From Minisyncoccota bacterium (GTDB lineage Bacteria > Patescibacteriota > Minisyncoccia > Phycocordibacterales > UBA9973): a stretch of DNA of 64,000 bases. The notes below the pieces were generated by a model. It was not told where the DNA came from, did not search any database, and was given only the letters and a program-made list of their open reading frames with translations. The translations under genes were made by a program, and so were the position numbers. The DNA lies in NCBI GenBank assembly GCA_035510575.1, contig DATKGV010000008.1:4618-68617 (forward strand). The letters run 5' to 3'. This document shows, piece by piece, positions 27,890 through 38,254 of the stretch; the stretch's first letter is position 1, and every line of letters starts with the position of its first letter.

Positions 27890-29482
27890 TTAAAATTCTT
27901 TAAAGATTGGCTTGACTACTTTCTTGCAAGTGGCAGGATTTGTATGGTCATTATCGGTGTGGCAACTGTCATCTCCGCAATCAATCTTACCATCACCATT
28001 ATTATCTATGCCATGCAAGCCATTCGGACAAATTTGAGGGCCTACAGTTATAGTTACTGTATCCGAACCGCTTCCGTATGTGTTTGAACACGTCATTGTA
28101 TAGCTGTTTGTATAACCAATTGAATCGGTTGCAGGAGGTAATGATACTTGAGCATTACTATTAGGTGCTGTATTAGATGTCCATGTTGGTGCTGAACAAG
28201 AAGTAGCATTTGGACTAAGCCATGAAAGAGTTGATGTTCCTCCAGCTGAATTAAATGATGGCGGAGTTGCCGTAAGCGTAACAGTCGGAGGTTGAGGAGT
28301 GATTACGCTGACAACAACTGAATTAGAAACTATCGTTGTACCGCCTTTTGTGCATTGAATTGTGAAAGTTGTATTTTCAGTTATAGGTTTTGTGTTTTCA
28401 CCTGGAGGATAAGCTAAATTAGCGGGTTCTGACTTAGTAGGATTCTGCCATAAACCGCTTCCAGGAACACATGAATATGAGGAGTCCAAGTTTGATGTCC
28501 ATGTAAGATTAGAAGTTCCATTTTTAGGCACGTTCGTAGGGTTGGCAAACAAAGAAACATATGGATATGATGATGCGCAAATGGTTCCATTCCAAGTAGA
28601 ACCGGACTGGCAAGTAGCATTGGCAGTAGAAGTAGCGACATCAATGGAATCTATGCCGTTTATATTCTGTGAAAGATGGAATGTTTCAGATCCGAAGGAA
28701 ATAGTAAATGCCTGTAAACCAGAACTGCCATCTGGTTTATAATAAGAACTGCTATCTGCTTTATGATAATTGGAAGTTAAAGAGTAAGCGCCAACAGGAT
28801 CTGTAGTGTTCCATGTTACAGTTGTGGAACATGAAGAAGCGCCCGCAGGAATAGTGCAATCCGGCGTAGTTAGCGTGCTAATAGCTGGCATTATACTAAC
28901 ATGATAATCATTAGCTCCAGAACAATCACTGGTGCTGCAACTTGATGCTGAAATCCAGCCGACTACATTACCGCCCCAAGCGTATCCAGTCACAATACCG
29001 GTAGCCAGATTGGCATTAAAACCCCAAGAGTTGCTATCTCCATCGCTATCAGAACTTAAAGCAATAAGACCGTTCCACCCACTAGATCCATCGCTGCCAG
29101 AAATGGTCTTTGCCCATCCTGAAAATTTTCCAGTTGACGACATATTAGGTTGGCATTTTGTTCCGCAAACAGCTAAATCATTGCTGGTAAATTCACCGAT
29201 ATTAAACGAAATCCAGCCGACATTGGAAGACCAAGCATATCCTGAAAGATTGCCACTCGTTGGATTAATACTTACGCCATAGCTAGTACCGGGACACGTA
29301 GTAACGTCTGTACAATTATTAAATGAAATCCAGCCGATATTGGAGGACCAAGCGAAACCGTACATCTGCCTATCGCTGTCATGACCTGCCATAGCATTAT
29401 TAGCCTGGACAATCGTCTTGCCAAAAACAAAGATGGCACAGATGGAAAGAATGGCTATTGTAAAAATATATTTAGCGCGCAT
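27890..29482 (-). CDS. secreted repeat protein (4-5 copies of a ~45-aa 'GYAWSSN(V/I)GWISFN' module) with Cys-rich C-terminal domain
   Basis: Signal peptide 'MRAKYIFTIAILSICAIFVFG'. Repeated 'AWSSNIGWISFN' modules. C-terminal 'CPNGLHGIDNNGDGKIDCGDDSCHTD'. Confidence 0.5.
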   Translation of the reverse strand: MRAKYIFTIAILSICAIFVFGKTIVQANNAMAGHDSDRQMYGFAWSSNIGWISFNNCTDVTTCPGTSYGVSINPTSGNLSGYAWSSNVGWISFNIGEFTSNDLAVCGTKCQPNMSSTGKFSGWAKTISGSDGSSGWNGLIALSSDSDGDSNSWGFNANLATGIVTGYAWGGNVVGWISASSCSTSDCSGANDYHVSIMPAISTLTTPDCTIPAGASSCSTTVTWNTTDPVGAYSLTSNYHKADSSSYYKPDGSSGLQAFTISFGSETFHLSQNINGIDSIDVATSTANATCQSGSTWNGTICASSYPYVSLFANPTNVPKNGTSNLTWTSNLDSSYSCVPGSGLWQNPTKSEPANLAYPPGENTKPITENTTFTIQCTKGGTTIVSNSVVVSVITPQPPTVTLTATPPSFNSAGGTSTLSWLSPNATSCSAPTWTSNTAPNSNAQVSLPPATDSIGYTNSYTMTCSNTYGSGSDTVTITVGPQICPNGLHGIDNNGDGKIDCGDDSCHTDNDHTNPATCKKVVKPIFKEF

Positions 29483-29570
29483 ACTGCCATTATTGTACCA
29501 TATATAATAATTTATAAACACAAATCAAAGTTATTTTGCGGTGTGGAAAACTATTTTTCTTTGTATTAAT

Positions 29571-29625
29571 CTCCCCCTGCCAAGGGGGAGATGCCGGAGG
29601 CAGAGGGGGTTGTATTAATTAATTT
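29571..29625. repeat. GC-rich repeat element, partial copy A (first hairpin only)
   Basis: CTCCCCCTGCCAAGGGGGAGATGCCGGAGGCAGAGGGGGTTGTATTAATTAATT in the divergent promoter region between the 27890-29482 gene and nusA. Confidence 0.7.
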
Positions 29626-29761
29626 CTTGACCATAAGAATCACTTATAGTAGTATTCAATGTGTAAGTCCGTTCTCGAAACCGGACTTTTTTTATAAACA
29701 ATTTAATAAAAGGTATTTATATTTTAGCCAGCAACTAAAACCTAAAACCTAGAAACTAACA

Positions 29762-30934
29762 ATGTTAGACCTAAAAACAATGAGGTCGGCTCTGGAACAG
29801 CTTGAAACGGAGCGCAAGATACCTCGCGAGAAGATTATAGACGCGATTGAGCAAGCCCTGGCCGCCGCCTACAAGAAGGACTACGGCAAAAAAGGCCAGA
29901 TAATCCGCGCAAAAATAGATATTGAAACGGGTAAGACGGAGTTTTATCAAGTTAAAATCGTTGTCGACGAATCGCTTGTGCGAATGACGAAAGAAAACGA
30001 GGAAGAGGAAGAGATTGCCGAAGACGACGATCGCGTCCGCTACAATGAAGAGCATCATATCCTCCTTTCCGATGCCAAGAAAATAAAAAACGGCGCCAAA
30101 CTTGAAGAAGAAATAATTTTCCCGCTTGAAACCAAGGAGGACTACGGGCGCATTGCCGCTCAGACGGCCAAGCAGGTTATCATACAGAAGATTCGCGAAG
30201 CGGAGCGCGGCGCTGTCATTGAAGAATACGGGAGCAAGGAAGGCGAAATTATCAACGGAATTATTTCAAAAGTTGAAAGAGGCATCGTTTATATTGACTT
30301 CAATCGCGCAACTGGAATAATCCTGCCCGAAGAGCAGATTCCCGGCGAATTTTATAAGCGCGGAGAGCGAATTCGCGCCTATTTGTATTCCGTTGAAGAG
30401 ACGCCTCACGGCGTAAATCTCAAGCTTTCCCGCACTCATCCTCAATTCATTGAAGGATTATTCGCCATGGAAGCTCCCGAAATAGCATCAGGTGTCGTAG
30501 AAATAAAAGCGATTGCTCGCGAAGCAGGTTCACGTTCTAAGATTGCCGTATATTCAAATGACGAGCATGTTGATCCGGTCGGATCATGCGTCGGACAGAG
30601 AGGAGTTCGCGTAACGACAGTCATGAGCGAATTGAACGGCGAGAAAATAGATATTATCCCATGGTCGCCCGATATCGCCCAGTATGTTTCAAATTCAATC
30701 TCGCCGGCTCGAGTCCTTGATATAAATATAATTGACGAAGAGCATAAAGCCATAGTTGAAGTGGCGCCCGATCAATTGTCGCTTGCCATCGGCAAAGGCG
30801 GGCAGAATGTGCGCCTGGCCGCAAAATTAACCGGCTGGAGAATAGATATCAAAGCCGGCAATTCCGAAGAAATTATTTCAAGCGAAAATGATATACTGGA
30901 TGATGGCATCGTGGATGATGGCACAGATGCGTAA
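29762..30934 (+). CDS. nusA: transcription termination/antitermination factor NusA
   Basis: 390 aa with N-terminal NusA domain, S1-like and tandem KH regions ('LAIGKGGQNVRLAAKLTGWRIDI'). Confidence 0.85.
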   Translation: MLDLKTMRSALEQLETERKIPREKIIDAIEQALAAAYKKDYGKKGQIIRAKIDIETGKTEFYQVKIVVDESLVRMTKENEEEEEIAEDDDRVRYNEEHHILLSDAKKIKNGAKLEEEIIFPLETKEDYGRIAAQTAKQVIIQKIREAERGAVIEEYGSKEGEIINGIISKVERGIVYIDFNRATGIILPEEQIPGEFYKRGERIRAYLYSVEETPHGVNLKLSRTHPQFIEGLFAMEAPEIASGVVEIKAIAREAGSRSKIAVYSNDEHVDPVGSCVGQRGVRVTTVMSELNGEKIDIIPWSPDIAQYVSNSISPARVLDINIIDEEHKAIVEVAPDQLSLAIGKGGQNVRLAAKLTGWRIDIKAGNSEEIISSENDILDDGIVDDGTDA

Positions 30935-30962
30935 AAATTATTAATAATTAATAAAAATTTAT

Positions 30963-33029
30963 ATGAATCCTTTCATTATTTTTGCTCTTGTTTCCTCAAT
31001 TGTCGCAATATTATACGGCCTGTTTCTGATAAAAATCGTGATGAAAGAAGGCGCGGGCGACAAGAAAATGCAGGATATCGCTTCGGCCATACAGCAAGGC
31101 GCAAAAGCATATTTAAATCGCCAATATAAGACAATCGGTATTATCGCTCTTATTTTATTTTTAATAATCGGCTTTATCCCGATGCTCGGGTGGATGATGG
31201 CTATCGGTTTCTTGACTGGAGCCGTATTATCAGCATTGGCTGGATATATAGGCATGAACGTTTCAGTTCGCGCCAATGTCCGCACGGCCGAAGCCGCAAA
31301 GAAAGGTCTTAAGGAAGCGCTTGGTCTTGCGTTCAAAGGAGGCACAGTTACAGGACTTCTTGTAGTTGGACTCGCCCTTTTAGGTGTAACTTTATTTTAT
31401 ATAATTGCGGAAAAATTTGTCGGTGGCGGAGCTGTCCGCTCTCTTGTCGGATTATCTTTCGGAGCAAGCTTAATTTCTGTCTTTGCTCGTCTTGGCGGCG
31501 GCATATTTACCAAAGCAGCCGACGTCGGCGCCGATTTAGTCGGCAAGGTTGAAGTCGGTATTCCTGAAGATGATCCTCGCAATCCCGCCGTTATTGCCGA
31601 CAATGTCGGAGATAATGTCGGCGATTGCGCAGGCATGGCAGCGGACTTATTTGAGACCTACGCCGTGACATCCGTTGCCACGATGCTGCTCGGGTCGCTC
31701 ATTTTCTCAAACTGGAGCAATGCCGTAATTTTTCCTCTGGCTATCGGAGGCATGGCGATACTCTGTTCCATTATAGGCACATGGTTTGTTCGCTTAGGTA
31801 AACCTGCCCGCCCTCACGATGTTTCGGGAGCAGGCGGGAATAATAATATCATGGGAGCTTTGTATAAGGGCCTCATAGTTTCCGGCATACTATCAGCGAT
31901 TGGATTTTATCCTATAACAAAGTGGCTCATGTCTGGGCAATCAATTTATTCTGTCGGCGCTCTTTACGTTTGCGCATTAGTTGGAATATTTGTCACAGCT
32001 ATGATTATAGTTGTAACTGAATATTATACTTCCACAAAATACAATCCTGTTAAATCAATCGCCTATGCATCGCAATCAGGTCACGGCACAAATGTCATTC
32101 AAGGTTTGGCTATTTCAATGAAATCCACAGCTTTGCCTCTTATCGCCATTGTTGTTGGAATATTAGTTTCATATCATTTCGGCCAACTTTACGGAGTTGC
32201 GGTTGCCGCCATGTCCATGCTTTCTTTAACTGGAATAATAGTTGCAATTGATTCATTCGGTCCTATTACTGACAACGCCGGCGGAATCGCTGAAATGGCA
32301 AACTTGCCGGAAAGCGTCCGTGATGTGACTGATCCGCTTGATGCCGTCGGCAATACCACGAAAGCTGTTACGAAAGGTTACGCTATCGGTTCAGCCGGAC
32401 TTGCCGCTCTTGTTCTCTTCTCTTCATATACTCAAGAATTTTCTGATCTCGGGCATAAATTAAATTTTGATCTTGGTAATCCGCTTGTTATCGTCGGACT
32501 TTTAATCGGCGGACTTCTACCGTTTTATTTCAGCGCATTATGCATGGAAGCAGTCGGTAAAGCCGCCGGAAAAGTCGTTGATGAAGTTCGCCGACAATTC
32601 CGCGAGATTAAAGGAATCATGGACGGTTCTGGAAAACCGGATTATGCCAAATGTGTAGACATCGTTACCACTGGCGCAATCAAGCAAATGATTGTCCCAG
32701 CGCTTATTCCGGTTCTGACTCCGATTTTAGTCGGTTTCATACTTGGACCACAAGCTCTCGGTGGACTCCTCGTTGGATCTATTGTTACAGGAATCTTTCT
32801 TGCAATCTCAATGACATCCGGTGGTGGTGCATGGGATAATGCCAAGAAATATATTGAACTTGGAAATCACGGAGGCAAAGGAAGTGATGCTCACAAAGCA
32901 GCCGTTACAGGCGACACAGTTGGTGATCCTTATAAAGACACCGCTGGTCCTGCAATCAATCCGATGATTAAGATTCTAAACATCATCGCATTGCTATTGG
33001 TTCCAATATTAATAGCAATTTGGTTTTAA
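30963..33029 (+). CDS. hppA: membrane-bound H+/Na+-translocating pyrophosphatase
   Basis: 688 aa with about 16 TM helices. Conserved '[20 protein letters not shown]' and '[19 protein letters not shown]' PPase motifs. Confidence 0.9.
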   Translation: MNPFIIFALVSSIVAILYGLFLIKIVMKEGAGDKKMQDIASAIQQGAKAYLNRQYKTIGIIALILFLIIGFIPMLGWMMAIGFLTGAVLSALAGYIGMNVSVRANVRTAEAAKKGLKEALGLAFKGGTVTGLLVVGLALLGVTLFYIIAEKFVGGGAVRSLVGLSFGASLISVFARLGGGIFTKAADVGADLVGKVEVGIPEDDPRNPAVIADNVGDNVGDCAGMAADLFETYAVTSVATMLLGSLIFSNWSNAVIFPLAIGGMAILCSIIGTWFVRLGKPARPHDVSGAGGNNNIMGALYKGLIVSGILSAIGFYPITKWLMSGQSIYSVGALYVCALVGIFVTAMIIVVTEYYTSTKYNPVKSIAYASQSGHGTNVIQGLAISMKSTALPLIAIVVGILVSYHFGQLYGVAVAAMSMLSLTGIIVAIDSFGPITDNAGGIAEMANLPESVRDVTDPLDAVGNTTKAVTKGYAIGSAGLAALVLFSSYTQEFSDLGHKLNFDLGNPLVIVGLLIGGLLPFYFSALCMEAVGKAAGKVVDEVRRQFREIKGIMDGSGKPDYAKCVDIVTTGAIKQMIVPALIPVLTPILVGFILGPQALGGLLVGSIVTGIFLAISMTSGGGAWDNAKKYIELGNHGGKGSDAHKAAVTGDTVGDPYKDTAGPAINPMIKILNIIALLLVPILIAIWF

Positions 33030-33041
33030 TGCTCATTAGGA

Positions 33042-33082
33042 CAAGGACGGTTCTTAAGAGAGTTTCCCCAAGAACCGTCCTT
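33042..33082. repeat. 13-bp perfect inverted repeat AAGGACGGTTCTT...AAGAACCGTCCTT downstream of hppA
   Basis: Shares the GAACGGTTCT core with the REP units at 23955-24116 and the palindrome at 24161-24181. Confidence 0.55.
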
Positions 33083-33094
33083 AATTACACATTA

Positions 33095-33122
33095 AAAAAT
33101 CCCTCAGTTGAGGGATTTTTTA
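33095..33122. terminator. bidirectional Rho-independent terminator AAAAAATCCCTC-AGTT-GAGGGATTTTTT
   Basis: Perfect 6-bp GC-containing stem flanked by A6/T6 runs, between convergent hppA and the 33138-33770 gene. Confidence 0.65.
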
Positions 33123-33137
33123 ATGCAAAGTTACAAA

Positions 33138-33770
33138 TTAAATCTTTTCATAACCAAGAAGACCATGAGTAGACTCACTAGTGTCTTTATTTATTATTTT
33201 ATTTTTTGCCCACTTCAACTCTTTTATATCAGAACCTACATTATTGGGATTAAAATCCCAATCACTCTCTTGATCATCAGAAACATTTTTATTTAAAAGT
33301 TCTTCAACTTTTTTAATTAATAACTTATCACTTATAGGTATTGTTTGTAATTTCATTAAAAGTTCATCATAAGCCATATTATTATCAAACTTTAAATCTT
33401 TTTTACCAATTTTTTCAGCATATCCAACAATATAATCAACTAATTGTTTGTCTTTCTTTAAATACCCTAATCTATGTTGAATATTATCAACCATTACACA
33501 AAAAGCGTTAAAAGAAAACATCTCAACATTAAATTTTTTATTAAGTTCATTTCGATATGATTTATCTTCTTGATCAAAACTCTTTCTTTCTTTTCCTGTT
33601 TCAAAAAATTTATCTGGGTCAACTTCTTTTAAAAATTCAAGTATTTTTTTCTTAGATCCTTCTTTTTGTAATCTAATTTCTTCTGGAGAAATACATTCAC
33701 TTATAATTTCTTTACTTAATTTATCAGAATCTTCAATTACTTCTTCCTTTTTATTTAATCCTTCATTCAT
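33138..33770 (-). CDS. acidic hypothetical protein
   Basis: 210 aa. No recognisable motif. Confidence 0.4.
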   Translation of the reverse strand: MNEGLNKKEEVIEDSDKLSKEIISECISPEEIRLQKEGSKKKILEFLKEVDPDKFFETGKERKSFDQEDKSYRNELNKKFNVEMFSFNAFCVMVDNIQHRLGYLKKDKQLVDYIVGYAEKIGKKDLKFDNNMAYDELLMKLQTIPISDKLLIKKVEELLNKNVSDDQESDWDFNPNNVGSDIKELKWAKNKIINKDTSESTHGLLGYEKI

Positions 33771-33893
33771 AAAATTTAGTTAATATTACTAATATGCCCA
33801 CATTCTACCCCCCCCCCAACGCATCTTGTCAATAAACTAGGTAACAATAATCTATTTCCACTGCCTTGCGCGATAGCGTAAAGTAATGGAAAG

Positions 33894-34394
33894 ATGTATA
33901 ATATAATTATGTCTTTAAAAAATGAAATTTTAGAAATATTGAATACTCCTAAATTTTACTATAAAGGAATTCCAATGAATGCCCTATTTTTACCTGCCCT
34001 AGACAGTTATAAACATAAAACAATTCAAAATAATTTTTATAATCTTAAAAAAGAAGGGTATATAGAAAAATCAAATGGAAAATTCATAATAAATAAAAAC
34101 GGTAAAAATTTTTTAGAAAAATCTAAAAAACCGCAATTAAAAATTTTCAAAAGTATGAAAAATAATAATCCTAAAAATCTGCTTCTACTTTATGATATTC
34201 CGGAAGATAAGAAAAAAGAGCGCGATTGGTTCCGCCGCACATTGATAAAATTTAGTTTTGTGATGATTCAAAAAAGTGTCTGGGTTGGGCCGTCTCCTTT
34301 ACCAAAAGAATTTATTGATTATACAAAATCAATAGGATTAAAAGATTCTATAAAAAGTTTCAAGTTGGAAAAAGGATATAATATACAAAAATAA
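33894..34394 (+). CDS. small putative DNA-binding protein, paralog B (same family as 8043-8525)
   Basis: Shares 'LLLYDIPEDKKKER..FRRTL..F.FVMIQKSVWVGPSPLPKEFIDY' with paralog A. Flanked by its own direct repeats. Confidence 0.5.
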   Translation: MYNIIMSLKNEILEILNTPKFYYKGIPMNALFLPALDSYKHKTIQNNFYNLKKEGYIEKSNGKFIINKNGKNFLEKSKKPQLKIFKSMKNNNPKNLLLLYDIPEDKKKERDWFRRTLIKFSFVMIQKSVWVGPSPLPKEFIDYTKSIGLKDSIKSFKLEKGYNIQK

Positions 34395-34493
34395 TTTCCA
34401 TTGTTGTACGCGATAGCGTAAGATAGTGGAAATTAAATAATTAATAATAATTAGTTTGAAAATAGTTTAATTTTAGTATAAGATGTAAAAATT

Positions 34494-35585
34494 ATGAAAA
34501 TAACAATAAAAAAGCTTGAAAAAAGCGAAGTGGAAATATTGGGCGTATTACCTGTGGCAGATTTTGAAAAGTATGAGGAGAAGGCTCTTAATATCATAAG
34601 TGAAAGAGTTGAATTGCCGGGCTTCAGAAAAGGTAAAGCTCCTATCGCAATGATAAAAGAAAATGTAAAAGAAATGGAATTATTGGAAGAAATGGCAGAA
34701 CAGGCGCTTTATGATAATTATCCAAAAATATTACAAGAGAATAAAATAGACGCTATCGGCCGACCACAAATCGCAATTACTAAAATTGCCAAGGGTTCCG
34801 ATTTGGAATTCAAAATATTAACGGCAGTATTGCCGGAGATAAAGCTTCCTGACTATAAAAAAATAGCTAAAGAAAAAAATAGTAGCAATGATTTCAAAAA
34901 AGAAATTGTAGTCGATGAAGCAATGGTTGAGAAAACAATTCTTGATTTACGCAAAATGCGAGCTGAGCAAGCACAACATAAGGATCATGAACATGTACCT
35001 GCCCGCCCTCACGATGTTTCGGGAGCAGGCGGGAAAGGAGAAACTCACGTTGAAATTCCTGAAAGCGAATATCCGGCGTTTGATGATGCTTTCGCCAAAA
35101 CATTCGGCGACTTTGCCAGCGCTGAGGCATTAAAAGAAAAAATTCGCGCCAATCTAAAAATTGAAAAAGAAACCGAGCAGAAAGACAAGCTTCGTCTTGC
35201 TATTGTTGAGGAACTTTTGAAACAATCAGAATGCGAAATTCCAGAAATTCTTATAGACAGCGAAGTTGAAAAGATTTTCTATCGTTTGGAAGCAGATATT
35301 ACAAATATGGGTTTCAAATTTGATGAATATTTAATTCAAATTAAGAAAACTGAAGAAGATTTGCGAAAAGAATGGCGACCTGAAGCAGAAAAGCGCGCCA
35401 AGCTTCAAATGATAATCCAGACAATTTCCGAAAAAGAAAATCTCAAAGCAACTGAAGAAGAAATTGAAAAGGAAGTGAATAACATCGTAACCATCTATAA
35501 GGATGCTGATCCAGCCCGCGCCCGCGCTTATGTGGAACAAATGCTTGAAAATGAAAAGGTCTTTGCATTTCTTGAGAAACAATAA
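34494..35585 (+). CDS. tig: trigger factor (short form)
   Basis: N-terminal ribosome-binding domain '[14 protein letters not shown]' and C-terminal chaperone arm. Immediately upstream of clpP as in many bacteria. Confidence 0.7.
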   Translation: MKITIKKLEKSEVEILGVLPVADFEKYEEKALNIISERVELPGFRKGKAPIAMIKENVKEMELLEEMAEQALYDNYPKILQENKIDAIGRPQIAITKIAKGSDLEFKILTAVLPEIKLPDYKKIAKEKNSSNDFKKEIVVDEAMVEKTILDLRKMRAEQAQHKDHEHVPARPHDVSGAGGKGETHVEIPESEYPAFDDAFAKTFGDFASAEALKEKIRANLKIEKETEQKDKLRLAIVEELLKQSECEIPEILIDSEVEKIFYRLEADITNMGFKFDEYLIQIKKTEEDLRKEWRPEAEKRAKLQMIIQTISEKENLKATEEEIEKEVNNIVTIYKDADPARARAYVEQMLENEKVFAFLEKQ

Positions 35586-35602
35586 TCTGCTATAATAAAC
35601 TT

Positions 35603-36193
35603 ATGTTAATTCCTACAGTTATAGAAAAAACAATGAATGGCGAACGGGCATATGATATCTACTCTCGCCTTTTGAACGAGCGTATTATTTTCCTCGGTGG
35701 TCCGATAGATGACAATGTCGCCAATCTTGTTATCGCTCAGCTTCTTTATTTGGATCATACAGATTCAAAGAAAGACATTCACCTTTATATAAACTCCCCC
35801 GGCGGTTCAGTTACTGCAGGGCTCGCAATCTTAGATACTATGGGTTTTGTGAAAGCCGATGTCTCTACTATATGTGTCGGTATCGCCGCATCAATGGGCG
35901 CAGTTCTACTTTCAGCTGGTACAAAAGGTAAAAGATTTGCGCTTCCCAATTCTGAAGTTATGATTCATCAAGTTATGGGTGGCGCTGAAGGCCAGGCCTC
36001 AGATATTGCTATCAATGCCAAACATATTCTTCGTACGAAAGATACATTAAATAAAATTTTGGCAAAAAATACTGGCCAGACAGTTACACAAGTAGAGAAA
36101 GATTCCGACCGCGACAATTACATGACCGCCGATGAAGCCAAAAAATACGGAATCATAGACGATACGGTTACTAAAGCGAAAAATAATAAATAA
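35603..36193 (+). CDS. clpP: ATP-dependent Clp protease proteolytic subunit
   Basis: Ser-His-Asp catalytic context '[11 protein letters not shown]' and 'MIHQVMGG'. Confidence 0.9.
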   Translation: MLIPTVIEKTMNGERAYDIYSRLLNERIIFLGGPIDDNVANLVIAQLLYLDHTDSKKDIHLYINSPGGSVTAGLAILDTMGFVKADVSTICVGIAASMGAVLLSAGTKGKRFALPNSEVMIHQVMGGAEGQASDIAINAKHILRTKDTLNKILAKNTGQTVTQVEKDSDRDNYMTADEAKKYGIIDDTVTKAKNNK

Positions 36194-36200
36194 CCAATTC

Positions 36201-36230
36201 AAAAAAATCTCCGTAATGGAGATTTTTTTG
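36201..36230 (+). terminator. Rho-independent terminator after clpP
   Basis: Hairpin ATCTCCGTAATGGAGAT followed by T7. Confidence 0.6.
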
Positions 36231-36437
36231 AAACTCGACAAAATTTATCTTTTGCTGTATTATGAAGTTATCGAATTTTAACAGATTAGTTACAGTGCTT
36301 TACTTTTAAATACATTACCAAGGTATGAATATCAACCAATACGAAACGAGCGTTATGTGTCCGAAGAAATATAATATAGAACGCATAGAATATCTGCCAA
36401 TGATATAGTGTTTTTAAGGGTAGTCCACTGCCCATTT

Positions 36438-37964
36438 ATGAGTTTAATAGCAATAATAATTTCCATTGCGGCCCTAGTAATAGGCGCCGGTGTCGGGTAT
36501 TATTTGCGGCTTGTTATTTCGCTTGGCAAGAAAGGTTCGATGGAACTTGAAATCAAGCAGATAATGCTCGGCGCAAAAGAAGAAGCCCAGAAAGTAATTG
36601 ACGAAGCCAAGAAAAAGGCCGAAGAAAGATTAATTGAATCTCAGAAAGAGACCAAATTAAAAGAAGAGGAATGGAAGCAGACAGAACACCGCTTGATTAA
36701 AAAAGAGGAGCTTCTTGACGCCCGCCAGACAGAAATTGACAAAGAAGTCGAGAATATAAAAATAAAAGTTGAAGAAGTAAAAAAGATTAAAGAGCGCGTG
36801 GATAATATGCAAGCCGAGAAAGAAAAAGAGGTTGAGAAAATAGCTCTTTTGTCCGCCGATGAAGCCAAAGAAATGCTATTTAAAAACATTGAAGATAAAT
36901 ACGAGGAGGACTTGCTCGTCAGAATGCAAAAAATGGAAACCTCTAATACCGAGAAACTTGATCGCCGAGCCAAAGACATACTTGCCGCTTCCATAAATCG
37001 CCTCGCCTCTTCAACGGCCTCTGAAATGATGACTACGTCGGTCAATATTCCGAACGACGATATAAAAGGGAAAATTATCGGCAAGGAAGGGCGCAATATA
37101 CGCGCGTTTGAACGAACAGCGGGAGTTGAGCTTATTATCGATGAGACGCCTGGAGCTATTGTCATATCTTCATTTGATCCGGTTCGCCGGCAAGTGGCTC
37201 GGCTGGCGCTTGAAAGTTTGATTCTTGACGGCCGCATTCAGCCCGCCAAAATAGAAGAAGTCGTGGCGAAATCGGAAGCAGATATAAATAAAATTATCAA
37301 AGACAAAGGAGATCAGGCAGTATATGAATGCGGGATATTCAATCTTGATCCGCGCATTACGGCCATCATCGGCCGGTTATATTTCCGCACCAGCTACGGG
37401 CAAAATGTTCTGCAACATTCTATTGAAATGGCCCACATTGCCGGAATGCTGGCAGAAGAACTTGGCGCAGATATTCAAATAGCCAAGGCCGGAGCTCTAG
37501 TTCATGATATCGGCAAAGCGCTGGATCATGAAGTTCAAGGCACTCACATAGATATAGGCATCAGAATATTGCAGAAATTCAATGCCGATCCTCGAATTAT
37601 CACAGCCATGAAGAGCCATCACGATGATACTCCGCATGAATCAATTGAAGCGGTTATCGTTCAAACAGCCGATATGATTTCAGGAGGTAGGCCTGGCGCT
37701 CGCCGTGACAGCGTTGAGAATTATATCAAGCGCTTGCAAGACCTTGAGGCCTTGGCAAAGAGCTTTGAGGGCGTGGAAAAGTCCTATGCCTTATCCGCTG
37801 GCCGTGAAATACGCATATTTGTCACACCGGAGAAGCTTGGGGATATTGAAGCCAAGAATATGGCTCGCGATATAGCCAAGAAAATAGAGCAAGAACTTAC
37901 ATATCCAGGCGAAATAAAGGTTACAGTCATTCGCGAAAATCGAATTATCGAATACGCGAGGTAA
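36438..37964 (+). CDS. rny: ribonuclease Y
   Basis: N-terminal TM helix, coiled coil, KH domain 'GKIIGKEGRNIRAFE', and HD domain 'HSIEMAHIAGMLAEELGADIQIAKAGALVHDIGK'. Confidence 0.8.
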   Translation: MSLIAIIISIAALVIGAGVGYYLRLVISLGKKGSMELEIKQIMLGAKEEAQKVIDEAKKKAEERLIESQKETKLKEEEWKQTEHRLIKKEELLDARQTEIDKEVENIKIKVEEVKKIKERVDNMQAEKEKEVEKIALLSADEAKEMLFKNIEDKYEEDLLVRMQKMETSNTEKLDRRAKDILAASINRLASSTASEMMTTSVNIPNDDIKGKIIGKEGRNIRAFERTAGVELIIDETPGAIVISSFDPVRRQVARLALESLILDGRIQPAKIEEVVAKSEADINKIIKDKGDQAVYECGIFNLDPRITAIIGRLYFRTSYGQNVLQHSIEMAHIAGMLAEELGADIQIAKAGALVHDIGKALDHEVQGTHIDIGIRILQKFNADPRIITAMKSHHDDTPHESIEAVIVQTADMISGGRPGARRDSVENYIKRLQDLEALAKSFEGVEKSYALSAGREIRIFVTPEKLGDIEAKNMARDIAKKIEQELTYPGEIKVTVIRENRIIEYAR

Positions 37965-37982
37965 ACTGTCAATCTTCTTAAT

Positions 37983-38130
37983 CCCTTGCCCGCACACTCA
38001 TTTTGCTGTAGCTTTTTTGTTCTGCCGATAGAAGATTTGCCTATTTGGGTATTTATTGCTTAATATATAAGGTATTATTATTCTTTATATTGAAAAAGCA
38101 GAATAACAGCAAAATGAGTGTGCGGGCTTG
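37983..38130. repeat. 22-bp perfect inverted repeat (GCCCGCACACTCATTTTGCTGT) flanking a 96-nt AT-rich core; MITE-like or large RNA hairpin between rny and hup
   Basis: Left arm 37988-38009 and right arm 38106-38127 are exact reverse complements. Confidence 0.6.
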
Positions 38131-38254
38131 TATTAAAATAAGCTTGGTATATAATAACATCATACCTATTTATTAGGGATCGTTTGCAAACGGTCGAATA
38201 TTATTCAGATAGTGTTCTCATTTTTTGAAAGAAAATTTTGAGAAAGCAAAATAA

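Noticed and set aside
30959-31345. 128-aa ORF antisense to hppA, and other internal or antisense ORFs in the track (for example 399-665, 1967-2362, 36641-37237, 54540-55046, 21490-22335)
   Set aside because: They lie wholly inside well-supported genes on the opposite strand or alternate frame and have low-complexity or biased composition typical of shadow ORFs.
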